From Chiloscyllium plagiosum (Eukaryota), in the NCBI RefSeq assembly GCF_004010195.1, contig NC_057720.1, positions 21,549,882 through 21,604,283 on the forward strand: a stretch of DNA of 54,402 nucleotides. Reading direction: 5' to 3'. Below, one piece after another: positions 14,500 through 27,173 of this stretch (position 1 is the first letter of the stretch; each line of letters opens with the position of its first letter). The notes beneath the pieces were generated by a model, which saw only the letters and a list, made by a program, of their open reading frames with translations, did no database searches and was not told where the DNA came from. A program made the translations under genes and the position numbers.

Positions 14500-17300
14500 A
14501 CAAGGAATACCAGACCTGTCCAAGGTCAAGCAACAGCATGACATTGCCATACTCATGGAACCATATCACACAACGTCCCAGGTACCTTCACCAGCAGCCC
14601 TGGGTATGTCACATCCTATCATCAGGACAGTGAGGGTTGGAGTTGCCTTGGGAGTCCTCAACACTGACTCCAGATCCTGTGAAATCCCATGGCATCAGAT
14701 CAAACACAACGAAGGAAAGCTTTAAGGATTACCACAGATTGCTCACTGTCTTCCAATGAGTCAGAACTCTTCCATATTGAACAGCAGTTAGAAAAAGCAC
14801 TAAGGATAGCAAATGCACAGAATGGCTCGGTAGCACCAGTACTGACTGAACTGGCTGGGTCCTAAAGGATAAAGCTGTTATGTCTATGGTAGGTGCTGAG
14901 TGAGCCAACATTTATAGAATCATAGAATCCCTACAATGTGGAAGAAGGCCATTCAGCCCATCGAGTCCACACTGACCCACCTAAGAACATCCCATCCAGA
15001 CCCATCCTCATACTCTATCCTTGTAACCTTACCTTTCCCATGGCCAATCCACCTAACCTGCACATCCCTGGTTACTATGGGGCAATTTAACATGGACAAT
15101 CCCCCTAACCTGCACATCCCTGGATACTATCGGACAATTTATCATGGCCAATCCACCTAACCTGCACATTCCTGGATACTATGGGGCAATTTAGTATGGC
15201 CAATCCACTTAACATGCACATCTTTGGATTGTGGAAGCATCAGGAGGACACCCACGCAGACACAGGGAGAACGTAAAACTCCACATAGATGCCCGAGGGG
15301 GGAATCAAACCCGGGGTCCTTGGCGCTGTGAGGCAACAGTGCTAACCACAAGCCACTGTGCTGCTCCAACAAGGCCCATGAGAGAAAGAAGCTTGAACTT
15401 AACCCCAATGTACATACCTGCCACAGATATATCTGTCCATGACAGTATCAGATAGAAATGATCACGACATTGTCATTACGGACACAAAGTCCAATCTTCA
15501 CTTCAGGATATCCTCTATTGAGTTGTGCAGTGCTAACCCCTGTTAGATGAGACAGACCTGGGACAGATCTAGCATCTCAAAACTGGGCATACATGAGGTG
15601 CTGTGAGATATCAGCATGAGCAGAATTCAATCATAATCTGTAACCTCACCCCTACCCCACCATTACCATCAAGTTGAGAGATCAACCTTGTTCAATGAGG
15701 AATGTAAGACAGTATGCCGGCAGGAGCACTGGCGTGTCGGGCTGCTGAAGCTACAGGATTCCCGACATGCCAAACAGTGGAAGCAGCATGTAATAGAAAA
15801 TACTAAATGAACCTCCAACTTTTGCATCTGATCTAAATGCTACAGTCCTGTTAGTCATGAATGGTGCTGGACAATTAAACAACCAACAAGAAGAGCCACT
15901 GTAAATATATCCTTTCTCCATCTTAGCCTTCCCAGCATCACAGATAACTTGTTTAACAGTGATATAAAGAAATGTCTGATGGCACTGGATATTGTAAAGT
16001 CTACGGGCCCAAATACTATTCCCGGAATTGTACTAAAGACTTACGCTCTAGAGCTTGCCCCAGCCCGGCCAAGTGGTTCTTGCACATCTACAACACTGGG
16101 GGGTTGTCGACAACAAAGCTGAATTCCATCAATTCCATTCTCATGCTGAGAGAGTGCGTGCTCTTGACATCAGGTATTTGACTGAATATTGTATTAAGGA
16201 CCCTTAGAAAAACAGGAATCAGTAGGAATCAGGGGAAAACTCTCCATTGGTTGGAGTCAAATCTAACACAAAGGAAAATGGTTGTAGTTGTTGGAGGAAA
16301 CTTATCTCAGTCCCAGGACATCTCTGCAGGAGTTCGTCTGCGTCGTGTCTGAGGCCCAACCATCTTGAGCTGCTTCTTCAATGACATTCCCTCCATTATG
16401 AGGTCAGAAATGGGGATGTTCACTGTATTCACAAATGATAAGTACTATTGATAATCTTGACACAGACTGTGCTTTTACATAGCAAGACCTGAATAACATC
16501 CAGTCTTAAGCAGATAAGTGACAAATATTTACACTTCTCATTGCCACAGAAAGGCTGCCAACATCATCAAAGGCCTCTCCCACCCTAATAATGTTCTCTT
16601 CCATCAGGCAGAAGATAAAGAAACTTGAATACACACATCAACAGATTCAAGAACAGCTTCTTCCCCACTATTACTATACTGCTGAATGGACCTCTCTAAC
16701 TTCAAAAAAAATTGATCTTGCTAATGTTGATCTGGCTTTGCACATCTCCTGTACAGCTGTAATCTTGCTCTGACAAAGCACCCTATTGTCTGCATCTCCT
16801 TGTTTGTTGTGATCTGCCTATACTGCTTGCAGAACAAAGATTTTCACTCTATTTAGGTACATGTGACCATAATAAAGCAAATCAAATCAGAAACCTAATC
16901 AAAATCAAATATCATTCACATTATACAGGAATGACCATGTCAAATAAGAGAGAATTTAATCAATGCCCCTTGATATTCGAAGGCATTACCACATATGAAG
17001 CGCCCACAAGCAACATCCTGTGGATTACCATTGAACAGAAACTGATCTGGACCAGCCATAGATATACTGTGGCCAAAAGGGAAGTCTGAGGCTGGGGATT
17101 CTGCAGTTGCCTAACTCATCTCCTGATTTGTGAAAGCATGTCCACCATCGAAAGGCACATGTCAGGAATGTGAAGGAATACTTTTTTACCAAACTGGATA
17201 AGGGCAGCTCCAACAATATCCAAGAGATATGATACATCCAGGAAAAAGCAGTGCACTTAATTGGCACCCAACCCTTCACCTTCAACATCCACTGCCTTTA
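14500..17300 (+). mobile_element. Highly decayed LINE (CR1/L2 group) fragments
   Basis: About 16270-16430 resembles a degenerate RKMVVVVGG..GVPQGSVLGPTIFSCFINDLP..GMFADD. Interrupted by a SINE, and resumes after the Penelope insertion at about 18915. Confidence 0.55.
14915..15362 (-). mobile_element. HE1-like tRNA-derived V-SINE with internal ~52-bp tandem amplification
   Basis: Minus strand has a tRNA-like head (GTGGTTAGCACTGTTGCCTCACAGC..GGTTTGATTCC), a V-domain and a (TAGAATCA)n tail. The unit CATGGCCAATCCACCTAACCTGCACATCCCTGGATACTATGGGGCAATTTAA repeats about 3.5 times. Confidence 0.85.
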
Positions 17301-17307
17301 CCATGAT

Positions 17308-17869
17308 GTTAAAAATCACACAACATCAGGTTATAGTCCAACAGGTTTAATTGAAAGCACTAACTTTCAGAGCGCTGCTCCTTCATCAGGTGGTTGTGAA
17401 GTACAAGATCATAAGACACAGAATTTATAGCAAAAGATTACAATGCCATGCAACTGAAATGATATATTGAACAAGCCTGGATTGTTAAGTCTTTCATCTT
17501 TTAGAATGGGTTGCAGTTTTCGGTTTGTTAATATGTAAGTCCCAGAACTTCTTTTAAGTCACCTTCATGAGATAACGTAAGGTTTTATAACAAAAGGTGA
17601 CATCTCAGCTCAGACAATGCATTAAAGGTGTGAGGTCAGAATCTGTCTGTATCCCAATCTTGAGTCAGACTGGTTCTATTTCCAAAGTGGAATTTACAAA
17701 ATAGTACATGGATTGACTGTCTGTATTGACTGCCTGTAGATTGTGCATTTTTTGTGCAAAATACAATGTATCTGCAAATGTAAATTCACCCCATAGATTA
17801 TGTGCGTGTGTTTGAGAGAGAGAGACAGAGAGAGAGAGACAGAGAGAGAGAGACAGAGTCAGAGATTGA

Positions 17870-17901
<32 letters not shown>

Positions 17902-18915
17902 GTAAGTGCACGTGAGAGAGAATGGACACCACACAATAATCATCAGACAGGGCTGTTCCCTCCCAATTGGGGAACACTTCAGCAGTCTGAGACATTCAGC
18001 CTCAGATCTTCCGGTGACCTTCCTCCAAGGTTGTTTTTGGGATAGACAACAAAGCAAAATGGCCAAGCAGAGGCTGATAGCCAAGTTCCGTACCCATGAG
18101 GATGGCCTCAACCAGGATCTTGGGTTCATGTCACACGCCAGGTGACCCCACTACACTATACAGTCTCTCTCTCTCTCACACACACACACACACTCTCTCA
18201 TGCAGACCCTCTCTCATACACACGTTCTCTTGCATACACATACACATACAGCCCCCACATTCACACCCACGCACACACCTTCTCACAGGCTTATACTCCA
18301 TCATACCTATGCAAACACTTTACTAAGCCTTCACACACACAAACACATATCTCTCATGTGCACTCAAACACATATAAGTCTATGTGGTGAATTTGTATTT
18401 GCAGAATAATATTTGCAGATACATTCTATTTTGCTCAAAAAATGCACAATCTGCAGGCAGTCAATGCAGACAGTCAATACGTGTACTATTTTGTAAATTC
18501 TACTTTGGAAATAGAACCAGTCTGACTCAAATTTGGCATATAGACAAACTTTAGCCTTACACCTTTAATACATTATCTGAGCTGAGATGTCACCTTTTGT
18601 TATAAAACCTTAAGTTAACTTGAGAAGGTGACTTCAAAGAAATTCTGGGATTTACATATTAACGAACCAAGATCTGCAAACCATTCTAAAAGGTGAAAGA
18701 TTTAACAATCTAGATTTATTCAATATATCAGTTCAGTTGCATAACACTTTTGCTATAAATTCTGTGTCTTATGATCTTATACTCCACAACCACCTGATGA
18801 CAGTGCAGTGCTCCGAAAGCTAGTGCTCAAAATAAACCTGCTGGACTATAACCTGGTGTTGTGTGATTTTTAACTTTGTCCACCTCAGTCCAACACCGGC
18901 TCCTCCACATCATGT
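17308..18915 (+). mobile_element. 5'-truncated Penelope-like element with an inverted copy of its 3' end (~500-bp inverted repeat)
   Basis: 17308-~17800 is the reverse complement of ~18380-18873. The interior encodes the GIY-YIG C-terminus (NGHHTII..PIGEHF..QRLIAKFRTHEDGLNQDLGFMSH). Hammerhead-like core CTGATGA..GCTCC-GAAA-GCTA at about 18794-18822. Confidence 0.88.
17812..17900. repeat. (AG)n/(GT)n microsatellite within the Penelope UTR
   Basis: Directly visible. A complementary (CT)n/(CA)n-rich tract lies at about 18163-18370. Confidence 0.9.
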
Positions 18916-21729
18916 TTACAGAGACAGCAATGTATACCATCTAATGGATCTACTACTGTCTGTCACCAAGGTTCCTCCAACAGCATCTCCCAAATCAATG
19001 AACTATACTGTCTAGAATGACAAGCACAACAGCTGCTTAGGTGTAACATCACTTTTATACTTTCCCATGGTAAAGAAAAATTCCAAGGAGAAAACCCACC
19101 ATCTGTGGATATCTAAGCAAGTTAATAACATGATCAAAATGAATGATAAGCCATATATTCATGCAAAGATTGGTGGCCATCAGAAGATTGAACAGAATAT
19201 TTAAAACAAAAGCAAAGCTTGAGGAAAAGATTAGTTAGGAGGGAAAGATTACAAGAAAATACTAGCTAGATGTATAAAAATACATAGATTTCTATAGATA
19301 TTTTAAAAAAGGAAGAGTCAACAAAGTAAACATTGGTTCTCTTTAAATGTTAGTCTGGGGAATTAATAACAGAAGGAGATGGCACATGAGTTAAGCAGGT
19401 ATTTTGCATGGGTCTTCATTGCGGAGAATACAAGTAACCCTGCAGAAGTAGCTGTAAATTAAAACAGGGAAGCGAGGGAGAAACTCAGAGAATTTATTAT
19501 CACTGGGGAAGTGGTATTGAGTGAATTGTTTGATCTGTCGCCTGAGAAGACTGTGGGCCCTGATGAACTTTATCCTAGGGTCTTAAAGGAAGTGTGTGAT
19601 GAGATATTTGATACATTGGTTTTAATTTTTCGGTGAAAGCCCCTCAATTTGGACAAATTTCCTTTGGAATGGAAAACAGTGGATATAATTTATATTCTTT
19701 AAAGAAGGAGAAGCTAGTAAACAAGAAACTACAGGCAGGTTGGCTTAACATCTGTCATAGAGAATTTGCTACAAAGGTGGGCAGATAATCAGGCAGAGTC
19801 AAGATGGTTTTGTAAAGCGAAATCAGGTTTAACCAATTTATTAGAATTCTTTTAAGATTTAATGTGCTCTAAATAAAGGGAAATCAGTCAATACATTGTA
19901 CTTGGATTTCTAGAAGGCAGTCGATAAGCTGCCTCATCAAAGGCTATTATGGAAAATATAAGGTGGTAATGTATTGATTGGCTACTGAATGGGAAAATAT
20001 ATACATAAATGTGCTAGTTTCTGCTTTTCAATTATCAGTGGCAAGTCACAGGGATTGATGATGTAACATCAACTTCTTATAATTTGCATATGAGGCTTGG
20101 TTGAAGGGACTGTGAGTATTGTTGTTAAATTTGTTAATGATATAAATATAGGTAGGAAAGTAAGTTGTGAAGAATACATAAGGAGATAATAAAGGGACAT
20201 TGATAGTTTAAGAGAGTGAGCAAAGACCTGAAAAGTAATGTATAATATAGGAAAATAGGAAACTGTCCATTTCAGCAGAACAATAACAAAATATGTTATC
20301 TACATGGTGAGGGATTGCAGAGTTCTTGGATGTAGCAAGATCTGCTTAGTGCACAAATTGTAAACCATTTAACGTAGGTACAGGATATAATTAGGAAAGC
20401 TAGTACATTATTATTGTATTTTGCAAATGGAAATTAATTCAAAGGTTGGACGGTTATCCTTCAGTTTGTAGGATATTGGTGAAATCAGTGAGATACAATG
20501 GGAATGGTGTTCGAATCATTAATTAAAGAGATTATGACTGCACACTTATACAATCTCAAGGCAATTGGGAAGAGTCAGCATGATTTTGTCAAAGGAAATC
20601 CTGTTTAACCAATGTTTTGGATGATGAGGAGGTGCCGGTGTCAGATTGGGGTGGTTCTTTTATCTTTCCTCCAATTTATTGGAGTTCATTTCAGTGAGTA
20701 GCATTTGCTGTTGATAAGGCTGACCCTGTATTTGGATGTAATTAAATTATCAGCAAACATTTGATAAGATGGCACATCAAAAGTTATTGCAGCGAAAAAC
20801 ATATTAGTGTGAGGGATAATTGGCTGGCTGGCAGACAACAGACAGAAATGGATGTTGTTCTGATTAACACGAAGTGACATGTGAAGTACCGCAGGTATCT
20901 GTGCTGAGGCCTCAGCTACTTACAGGTTACTTCAGTGATGGAGATGAGGAGAGTGAAGGCATGGTAGCTAAATTCACAAACAATATCAAGATATTAAGGA
21001 AAACTTGGTGTGAAGATGACATAAGGAGGCTTGCACATGGATGTAAATAGGTTGAGTGGATGGGCAAAAGTCTGGCAGATGGAAAATGTGAAGCTGTTCC
21101 CTTTGGCAAAAGAATAAATGACAGAATACTGCTTAAATGACTGTGGAATATGTAGGTGTCAGAAAATGTCAGTGTGCAGGTACCACAAAAAAATCAGGAA
21201 AGTTAAGAAGATTCAATATAATATTAGGATGTTGTGCTTCTGTTATACTGGGCATCGGTAAGACCAGATCTCAAATACTGTTTTGGTCTTTTCATTTAAG
21301 GGTAGTGTGAATGCATTGGAGACTGCTCAGAGGAAATTTAGTGGATTGATATCCAGAAGGAGTGGGTTATCCTATGAGGATATGTTGGACAGGCTGTACT
21401 TATTTCCACTGGAGATTAGAAGAGTGAGGGATGACTTGATTGAAGTGTACAAGGTCCTGAATAGTCTTAATAAGATGGATGTTGAAAGGTTGTTTGTTGG
21501 TCTGTGCAGAAAAAGGGGACACTGTTTTCAAATTATGGGTCTCCATTTTAGGACAGAGTTGAGGGCTTTACAACTTTGGAATTTCTGTCTCAGAAGGCAG
21601 AGGTAGAGTAATAAAATATTTTTAAAGCAAAGGTATGTAGATTCATGTTAGCTAAGGGATTCAAAGGTTATCGGGTCGATATGATCATGAAAATTTAATC
21701 ATAAACAGATCAGCTTTGATTTTATTGAT

Positions 21730-21925
21730 TTAGAGGAACCGGTGTTGGACTGGGGTGAACAAAGTTAAAAATCACACAACACCAGGTTATAGTCCAACAG
21801 GTTGATTTGGAAGCACTAGCTTTCGAAGTGCTGCTTCTTCATTAGGTGGTACCAAAAGCTTCAAAAGCTAGTACTACCAAATCAACCTGTTGGACTATAA
21901 CCTGGTATTGTGTGATTTTTAACTA
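21730..21925. mobile_element. Palindromic short Penelope pLTR insertion (second family)
   Basis: Arms AGTTAAAAATCACACAACACCAGGTTATAGTCCAACAGGTTGATTTGG and its reverse complement. TSD TGATTTTATTGA at 21717-21728 and 21926-21937. Same family as the ends of 17308-18915. Confidence 0.8.
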
Positions 21926-22066
21926 TGATTTTATTGAAAAGTGGAGCAAGCTTGAGAGGCTAAATGCTCTGCTTGTAAATGTATTGGAAGGAATTCAGAA
22001 GGACTAATATCTGGAATGGGTGGATTTGTATCTGCTGGAGTTTAGTAAGAGGAAGGAGCAACTTTT

Positions 22067-22380
22067 TAGATTAGGTTAGATTACTTACAGTGTGGAAACA
22101 GGCCCTTCGGCCCAACAAGTCCACACCAACCCGCCAAAGCGCAACCCACCCATACCCCTATATTTGCCTCTTTTAACACTATGGGCAATTTAGCATGGCC
22201 AATTCACCTGACCTGCACATCTTTGGACTGTGGGAGGAAACCAGAGCACCCGGAGGAAACCCACGCAGACACGGGGAGAATGTGCAAACTCCACACAGTC
22301 AGTCGCCTGAGGCGGGAATTGAACCCAGGTCTCTGGCGTTGTGAGGCAGCAGTGCTAACCACTGTGCCACCGTGCCGCCC
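22067..22380 (-). mobile_element. HE1-type SINE (tRNA head, V-domain, LINE-derived tail)
   Basis: Minus strand GGGCGGCACGGTGGCACAGTGGTTAGCACTGCTGCCTCAC..GGGTTCAATTCCCG contains Pol III A and B boxes. Tail (TCTAA)n. Confidence 0.9.
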
Positions 22381-23344
22381 ATACTTGTTAAAACATGTTA
22401 GACCTTGAGCGATCTTGAATGGAAAGGATGTTTCATCTATTGGGAGAATCTACAACCTTGAGTCACTGTTTAAAAAATACACATTCGTGCATTTTAGATA
22501 GAGATGAGGAGAAATGTTTTATTGCAGAGAGACATGAAGTGTGTGAATCCACAAATTTAGTTGAAAAATGTGGGGAAAACTTCTTGCAAGAAAAGTCTTT
22601 TAAGCAAGCAAAATATAAAATCACATGAATACAATATGGTAACAGAAATAACATAGCCAGGTAGATTTCATTTCAGAAATGAATTGAACAGAACACAAAA
22701 TTGGACATTTTGGCGAAAACAATTTCTGTGATTATGAAATAGCTTCTTAATTAGATGGTAAAACTCAAGTCTGACTTTAAATTTTGAAGTGATTCAAAAG
22801 GGACAAGTTCCAGGAGAATGTTTGACTTTCCTTTAGTCCCATAATCCTGAGTGAGGGAGAGCGCACCGAGCCAGAAGCAAACTTCAAACAATAGAACTGA
22901 GCAAGTGAACGTGTTGGTTTCACCAATAATACAATCACTGAGAGTGAAGGAGAAAGCCCAAATCAATCAATAAGTTTAAATAAATTCTTGAAATGCTACA
23001 GGACAAATTCTTGGAAGGATTTAGGATAAAAATCTGCTAACATCAATTGAAGATTTGGTGCATATAACTCCATGGCAGTAACCACTGAGTAAGGACAACC
23101 GATGTCCAATGATTCAAGATGCTGCAAAGAAGCAGGTGTTTCAGCAGGGAAAACACCCTCCATGAAGTAAGTCAAAGAGATTAAACGTTCTCCATTTTAA
23201 AGGACCTACAGAACTCAAATGTCTAGAAAGTCAATAGTCTTCCTCAGAGTAAAAGGTCTTCCAAATCTGAAGAGAACAAGCGAATAGTGAAACTGCCAGA
23301 TTTCCTGACTTTGTAAAGTCTGAGATTGGGAAGGTGGGGTAAAT

Positions 23345-23733
23345 CTAATAGTCTACGCAAATGTATGATATTAATAATGAGAAAAGAAAGGCATGGATAG
23401 GGTGAATGCACTCAGTCTTTCTCCCAGGTTTGGGGAATCGAGGACAAGAGGGCATCAGTTTAAGGTTGGAGGGGAGTGAATAAAAAGGAACCTGTGGGAC
23501 AACTTTTTTACACAGAGGGTGGTACGTATATGGAATGAGCTGCAAGTGGAAGTAATTGAAGCAGGTACATTAGTAACATTTAAAATATATTTGGACACAT
23601 ACATGGACAGGAAAGGTTTAGAAGGAGATGGGCAAAGTGCAGGGAAATGGTGTTAACATGGATGGACATTTTGGTCGGAATGGAACAGTTTGGACCAGAG
23701 GACCTGTCTCCGTGCTGTAGGACTCTATGACTC
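23345..23733 (+). mobile_element. CR1/HER1 LINE 3' fragment
   Basis: Encodes SRTRGHQFKV..NFFTQRVVRIWNEL and ends GACTCTATGACTCT. Confidence 0.85.
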
Positions 23734-25876
23734 TTTAAAACCTTGAGGAATTGTTGTATATGAATTTGAAAAGGTTAGAACTGAAGAATGCTATGAGTCC
23801 CATTCACTGTGATTACATATGATCTGTGGCAAAACAGCTTACATTCTTGAAGAGTGATACCTAACATCTGGTCCTGCTCAAAATCTCTGCTGTGATGTCT
23901 ATCATAGTTGTTAACATGCCTTGAACTTAATCTTGTTAGTGTCAGGAGACTCTTCTAGTTAAATCAGAATGATGATCCTCGACCACAGAAGACCCTGTAG
24001 TTCCCTACACTTAAAGATGATGGTGACAACGACCTTCATTATGAACAGTAACTCTGACAGCTTTATGAGCCTGCATGCCCACACATCACAATACATTATT
24101 TAAAGTATCAGATGATTATGAAACTACTTTCAAGAAGACATAATCAAATTTGAGAACTGTTGACTGTGAGTTGACACAACAAGTGTAGATTTCTGTATTT
24201 CCCATCAGAATGGATCTCCCAGGCCTTAAAGAATGAGTGATTCAAAATTTTTTTGTAAAGCTAATTGTTAAAAGGCCACCTTTATATGCAACTTGTAATA
24301 TTCTGAAATCAAAGATAAAATATATTGAAGACAGTTTGGAGAGGAGGAGATGCATGCATTACTTATGTCCCTTCATTAAACAAAAAAACTGACCAGTTAA
24401 GGAAGAAAAAGCAGCTATTGTTAAATATATATTCCTGCTAATGAACAAATGAAATGGTCCATACTACTGGAGGAGGCCTCCTTGATAAAATTTTACATTT
24501 CATGCATAATACATCATAGTTGAGAATAACAGAAAATTGCAGCAACATTATCAGATCCATCCCTCATTGTACATCTTTTTTTTTGCATCCAAAATTAAAG
24601 TTTGCCTTAAACTTCTAATCATTTTTCATTTATTAAACTGACATAACAGAAGACAAAATGAAGAGCCCTGGGAAATTATCCGGATTTCATTTGCACCACT
24701 AACTAAAACTTGTTACCAGAAAAGCTGACCCAGGGATATTAATCCTATCAGACACCTACCTTATCATGGGTACTGAATAGATTGAGGAACATTTGTCCTC
24801 AGAAAAAAATTATTCTAACAGCAACTACTACCTCAGTGGAGATCTGTGCAGTTTGCAACTGTCACATATTCGACAAGAGCATTCATATAACTGGAATGAC
24901 CTGACTGGGGGAAGATGAGTTGCAGCTCATCTCTCCTATGGCTGTCATTGACATCTCTGCTGACTGATGAGCTACTCAACTAGAGTCCCCTAAGACTGTG
25001 TCAACTAACTGTCTTCCCCTTATTCTATTTCTATGAAAGGCAAGGCTTTCTTTTTGTTCCACAAGGACTTCAGCATGAAAAATATTGACTTCCACTTACT
25101 TATAATGCCCTGTGTCAAATGATCTTGTTGGAATGGTTCTAATGACTCTTTAAAACAAGAAAAAGTGGAAAGGTTAGAGCCTCTATGAATCATAGTCATG
25201 CATTGTCCATTGGTTTGTAATTCTCCAGAATATTAGGTAGAATGTGTTCATGCAATTGTCAAATCTAAGGTCAAGTGGCTGAGATGAAATCACGTTTTTA
25301 AAGATTGCTTTAAAACATGAAGGTTTGTTGGCAGTTGAAGTACATTTGTCAAGCAGATCATCTTTCCTCACTGCTACTCAACAAAAAGTTTTATCCCTAC
25401 CTCTGGTGGACAATGGTTTCAGGGTGACCTGGTGAAAACAAGGAATAAATATGTATTAGGTGTAGGTAGTAGTACAGTAAACAAAATCACTGTTTGATAA
25501 ACTGATGTGCCACAGTACTGATATTTATCATTACACCCTGAAGAGAAGTTTAGCCCAAGTTGATTTTGAATGAATGCACCACAGATTTTTTCTTGAAATT
25601 TATCCATTTAATTTGTTGTTGTTTTTGGCAAGAATTAATAATGTGAACAGTAAATTGTATGCTTGATAATTAATAATTGATCTGGAAACTTGCAGACCAG
25701 AAACACTTGAAGTATGCACACAACATACACTTCCTATGTGGAACTGTGAGAAATAGTCAGTCCATTTTTCTCACTATAATAATTTATCGGTAATTATAAA
25801 AAAAGATGGTTTTTATATCACAAACCGGGCCCACTGTTTAATTATTGGTGATATTTGCTTGGTTTGGTCTTTTTTG

Positions 25877-26018
25877 CTAATTAGTTTTGCACGTGTCAAT
25901 CCCTTTAGCTAATTCTTCTGCCCTGTTTGATGAAGGAGAAGACTGCGGTTGTTGGGATGGCAGTGGTGATGTAATCTGCTGTTTGTCTGGGCTACTAGAG
26001 TTGACATTATCAGCGAAA
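25877..26018 (-). CDS. Candidate terminal coding exon of an unidentified host gene
   Basis: Pyrimidine-rich acceptor TTTTCCCCATCTTTTCAATGACCAG, then an open frame FADNVNSSSPDKQQITSPLPSQQPQSSPSSNRAEELAKGIDTCKTN*. Non-repeat sequence; no homolog recognised. Confidence 0.3.
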
Positions 26019-26361
26019 CTGGTCATTGAAAAGATGGGGAAAATCAAATATTTAATTCAAGTTTGTGATATTAAAATTAAATTCATATTTGCTGTTGGTC
26101 TGTCAGTTGAATGTTTGGCTCCTAACCAAAAGGTCATACATTTAACAGACAAACTGTCATTACTTTGGGCTGGGTCATTATTTTTGACTGTGATTGAAAT
26201 AATAGATGGAAAAACATGTCCAAGATCCATGGAAGATTAGAATCGGTAGTTCATAATTGTCCAGCTAATTATGCTAAAGTTATTTAACTTTGATAACTTT
26301 GTTAGAAAAGCTCAGCTTTGCTAAGTTTCCCATGACGACTGAACGTGAATCCATATCTTAC

Positions 26362-26364
26362 CTC
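26362..26364 (-). other. Candidate 3-nt microexon (GAG)
   Basis: Minus strand reads TTTTTTTTCATCCATTTCTCCAATTTCCATTTCTAG|GAG|GTAAGA: a strong acceptor and a strong donor 3 nt apart. Confidence 0.45.
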
Positions 26365-27106
26365 CTAGAAATGGAAATTGGAGAAATGGATGAAAAAAAA
26401 TCAACAATTGATATTCAGATTATTTTTGGTTTGAATAATGACAATACTGAGTAAAAGAAAGTTTCTTTTCCAAAATTTCATATGGTAAACTACTCGTATC
26501 TAACATATTTCCAATGCCACACATTGGGAAGGTAAATTTGGAAAGCTGTTAAGGAACTGGGCCAATGTAAAAGGAATTATTTTAGAGGATATTTTCTAAC
26601 AATCAACATTTGTATAAACTTCATGGTACATGTCACCGAGAAGTTTGTTGACATGGTTCACAGGCAGATTTGCTGCACCAGTATTTGTGAACTGAACAAT
26701 GAACCTTCATCATATCTTATAACACAGATGAAGGGCATTTAAGCCATCAGGTCTGTCCTGACTATTCAAAAGAGTTATTTAGTTCATCTGATGTTAAAAA
26801 AAAATGGAAAAGTTGAATATGTTGATCATCTGGATGTACGTTGTGGTGATTTTGGAATCGTAAAGATCAAAACATGCATGAAAAAGTGGAAAAAAATAAA
26901 GGCAAACATGCTTATTAAATTATATGGTATTACATTTGGGTTCAATTTTATAACATACTTGGAATTGTTTTTATCAGCAAATTGTACATTTAAAAGTTTC
27001 CAAAAATATTGTCAAGATAAATCGGTGCCATCAAGCCAAAGTTTTTTTAATGAAACAGCTGCCAAAATATCAAACTTCATTTCAGTTTTATCAGTTGAAT
27101 GTTTTT

Positions 27107-27173
27107 AGTCATAGAGTCGTAGAGTTAGACAGCATGGCACCAGACCCATCAGTCCAACCCAGCCCATGCTGAC
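27107..27173 (-). mobile_element. 3' tip of the CR1/HER1 LINE interrupted by the ERV
   Basis: AGTCATAGAGTCGTAGAG..CAGACCCATCAGTCCAACCCAGCCCATGCTGAC continues colinearly at 36566 (CATAATTCCAAACTAAACTAGTCCCATC..); compare the intact copy at 51421. Confidence 0.85.

Larger units (their letters stand above)
19100..22520 (+). mobile_element. Cluster of old CR1-clade LINE ORF2 fragments
   Basis: Degenerate YFA.VF, GPD..PRVLKE, NYR.V.LTS and LDF.KA.DK motifs. ORF 21283-21606 reads ALETAQRKF..GLSYEDMLDRL..RRVRDDLIEVYK. Confidence 0.7.

Noticed and set aside
17665..18409. Several 65-154-aa ORFs rich in HT/SL/CV repeats
   Set aside because: They are translations of microsatellites within the Penelope UTR.
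22300..22380. tRNA-like sequence
   Set aside because: It is the head of an HE1 SINE, not a tRNA gene; the same applies at about 15300, 38160 and 48780.
22500..25200. Possible decayed DNA-transposon or coding remnant
   Set aside because: I found no TIRs, TSD or transposase motif that I could support.
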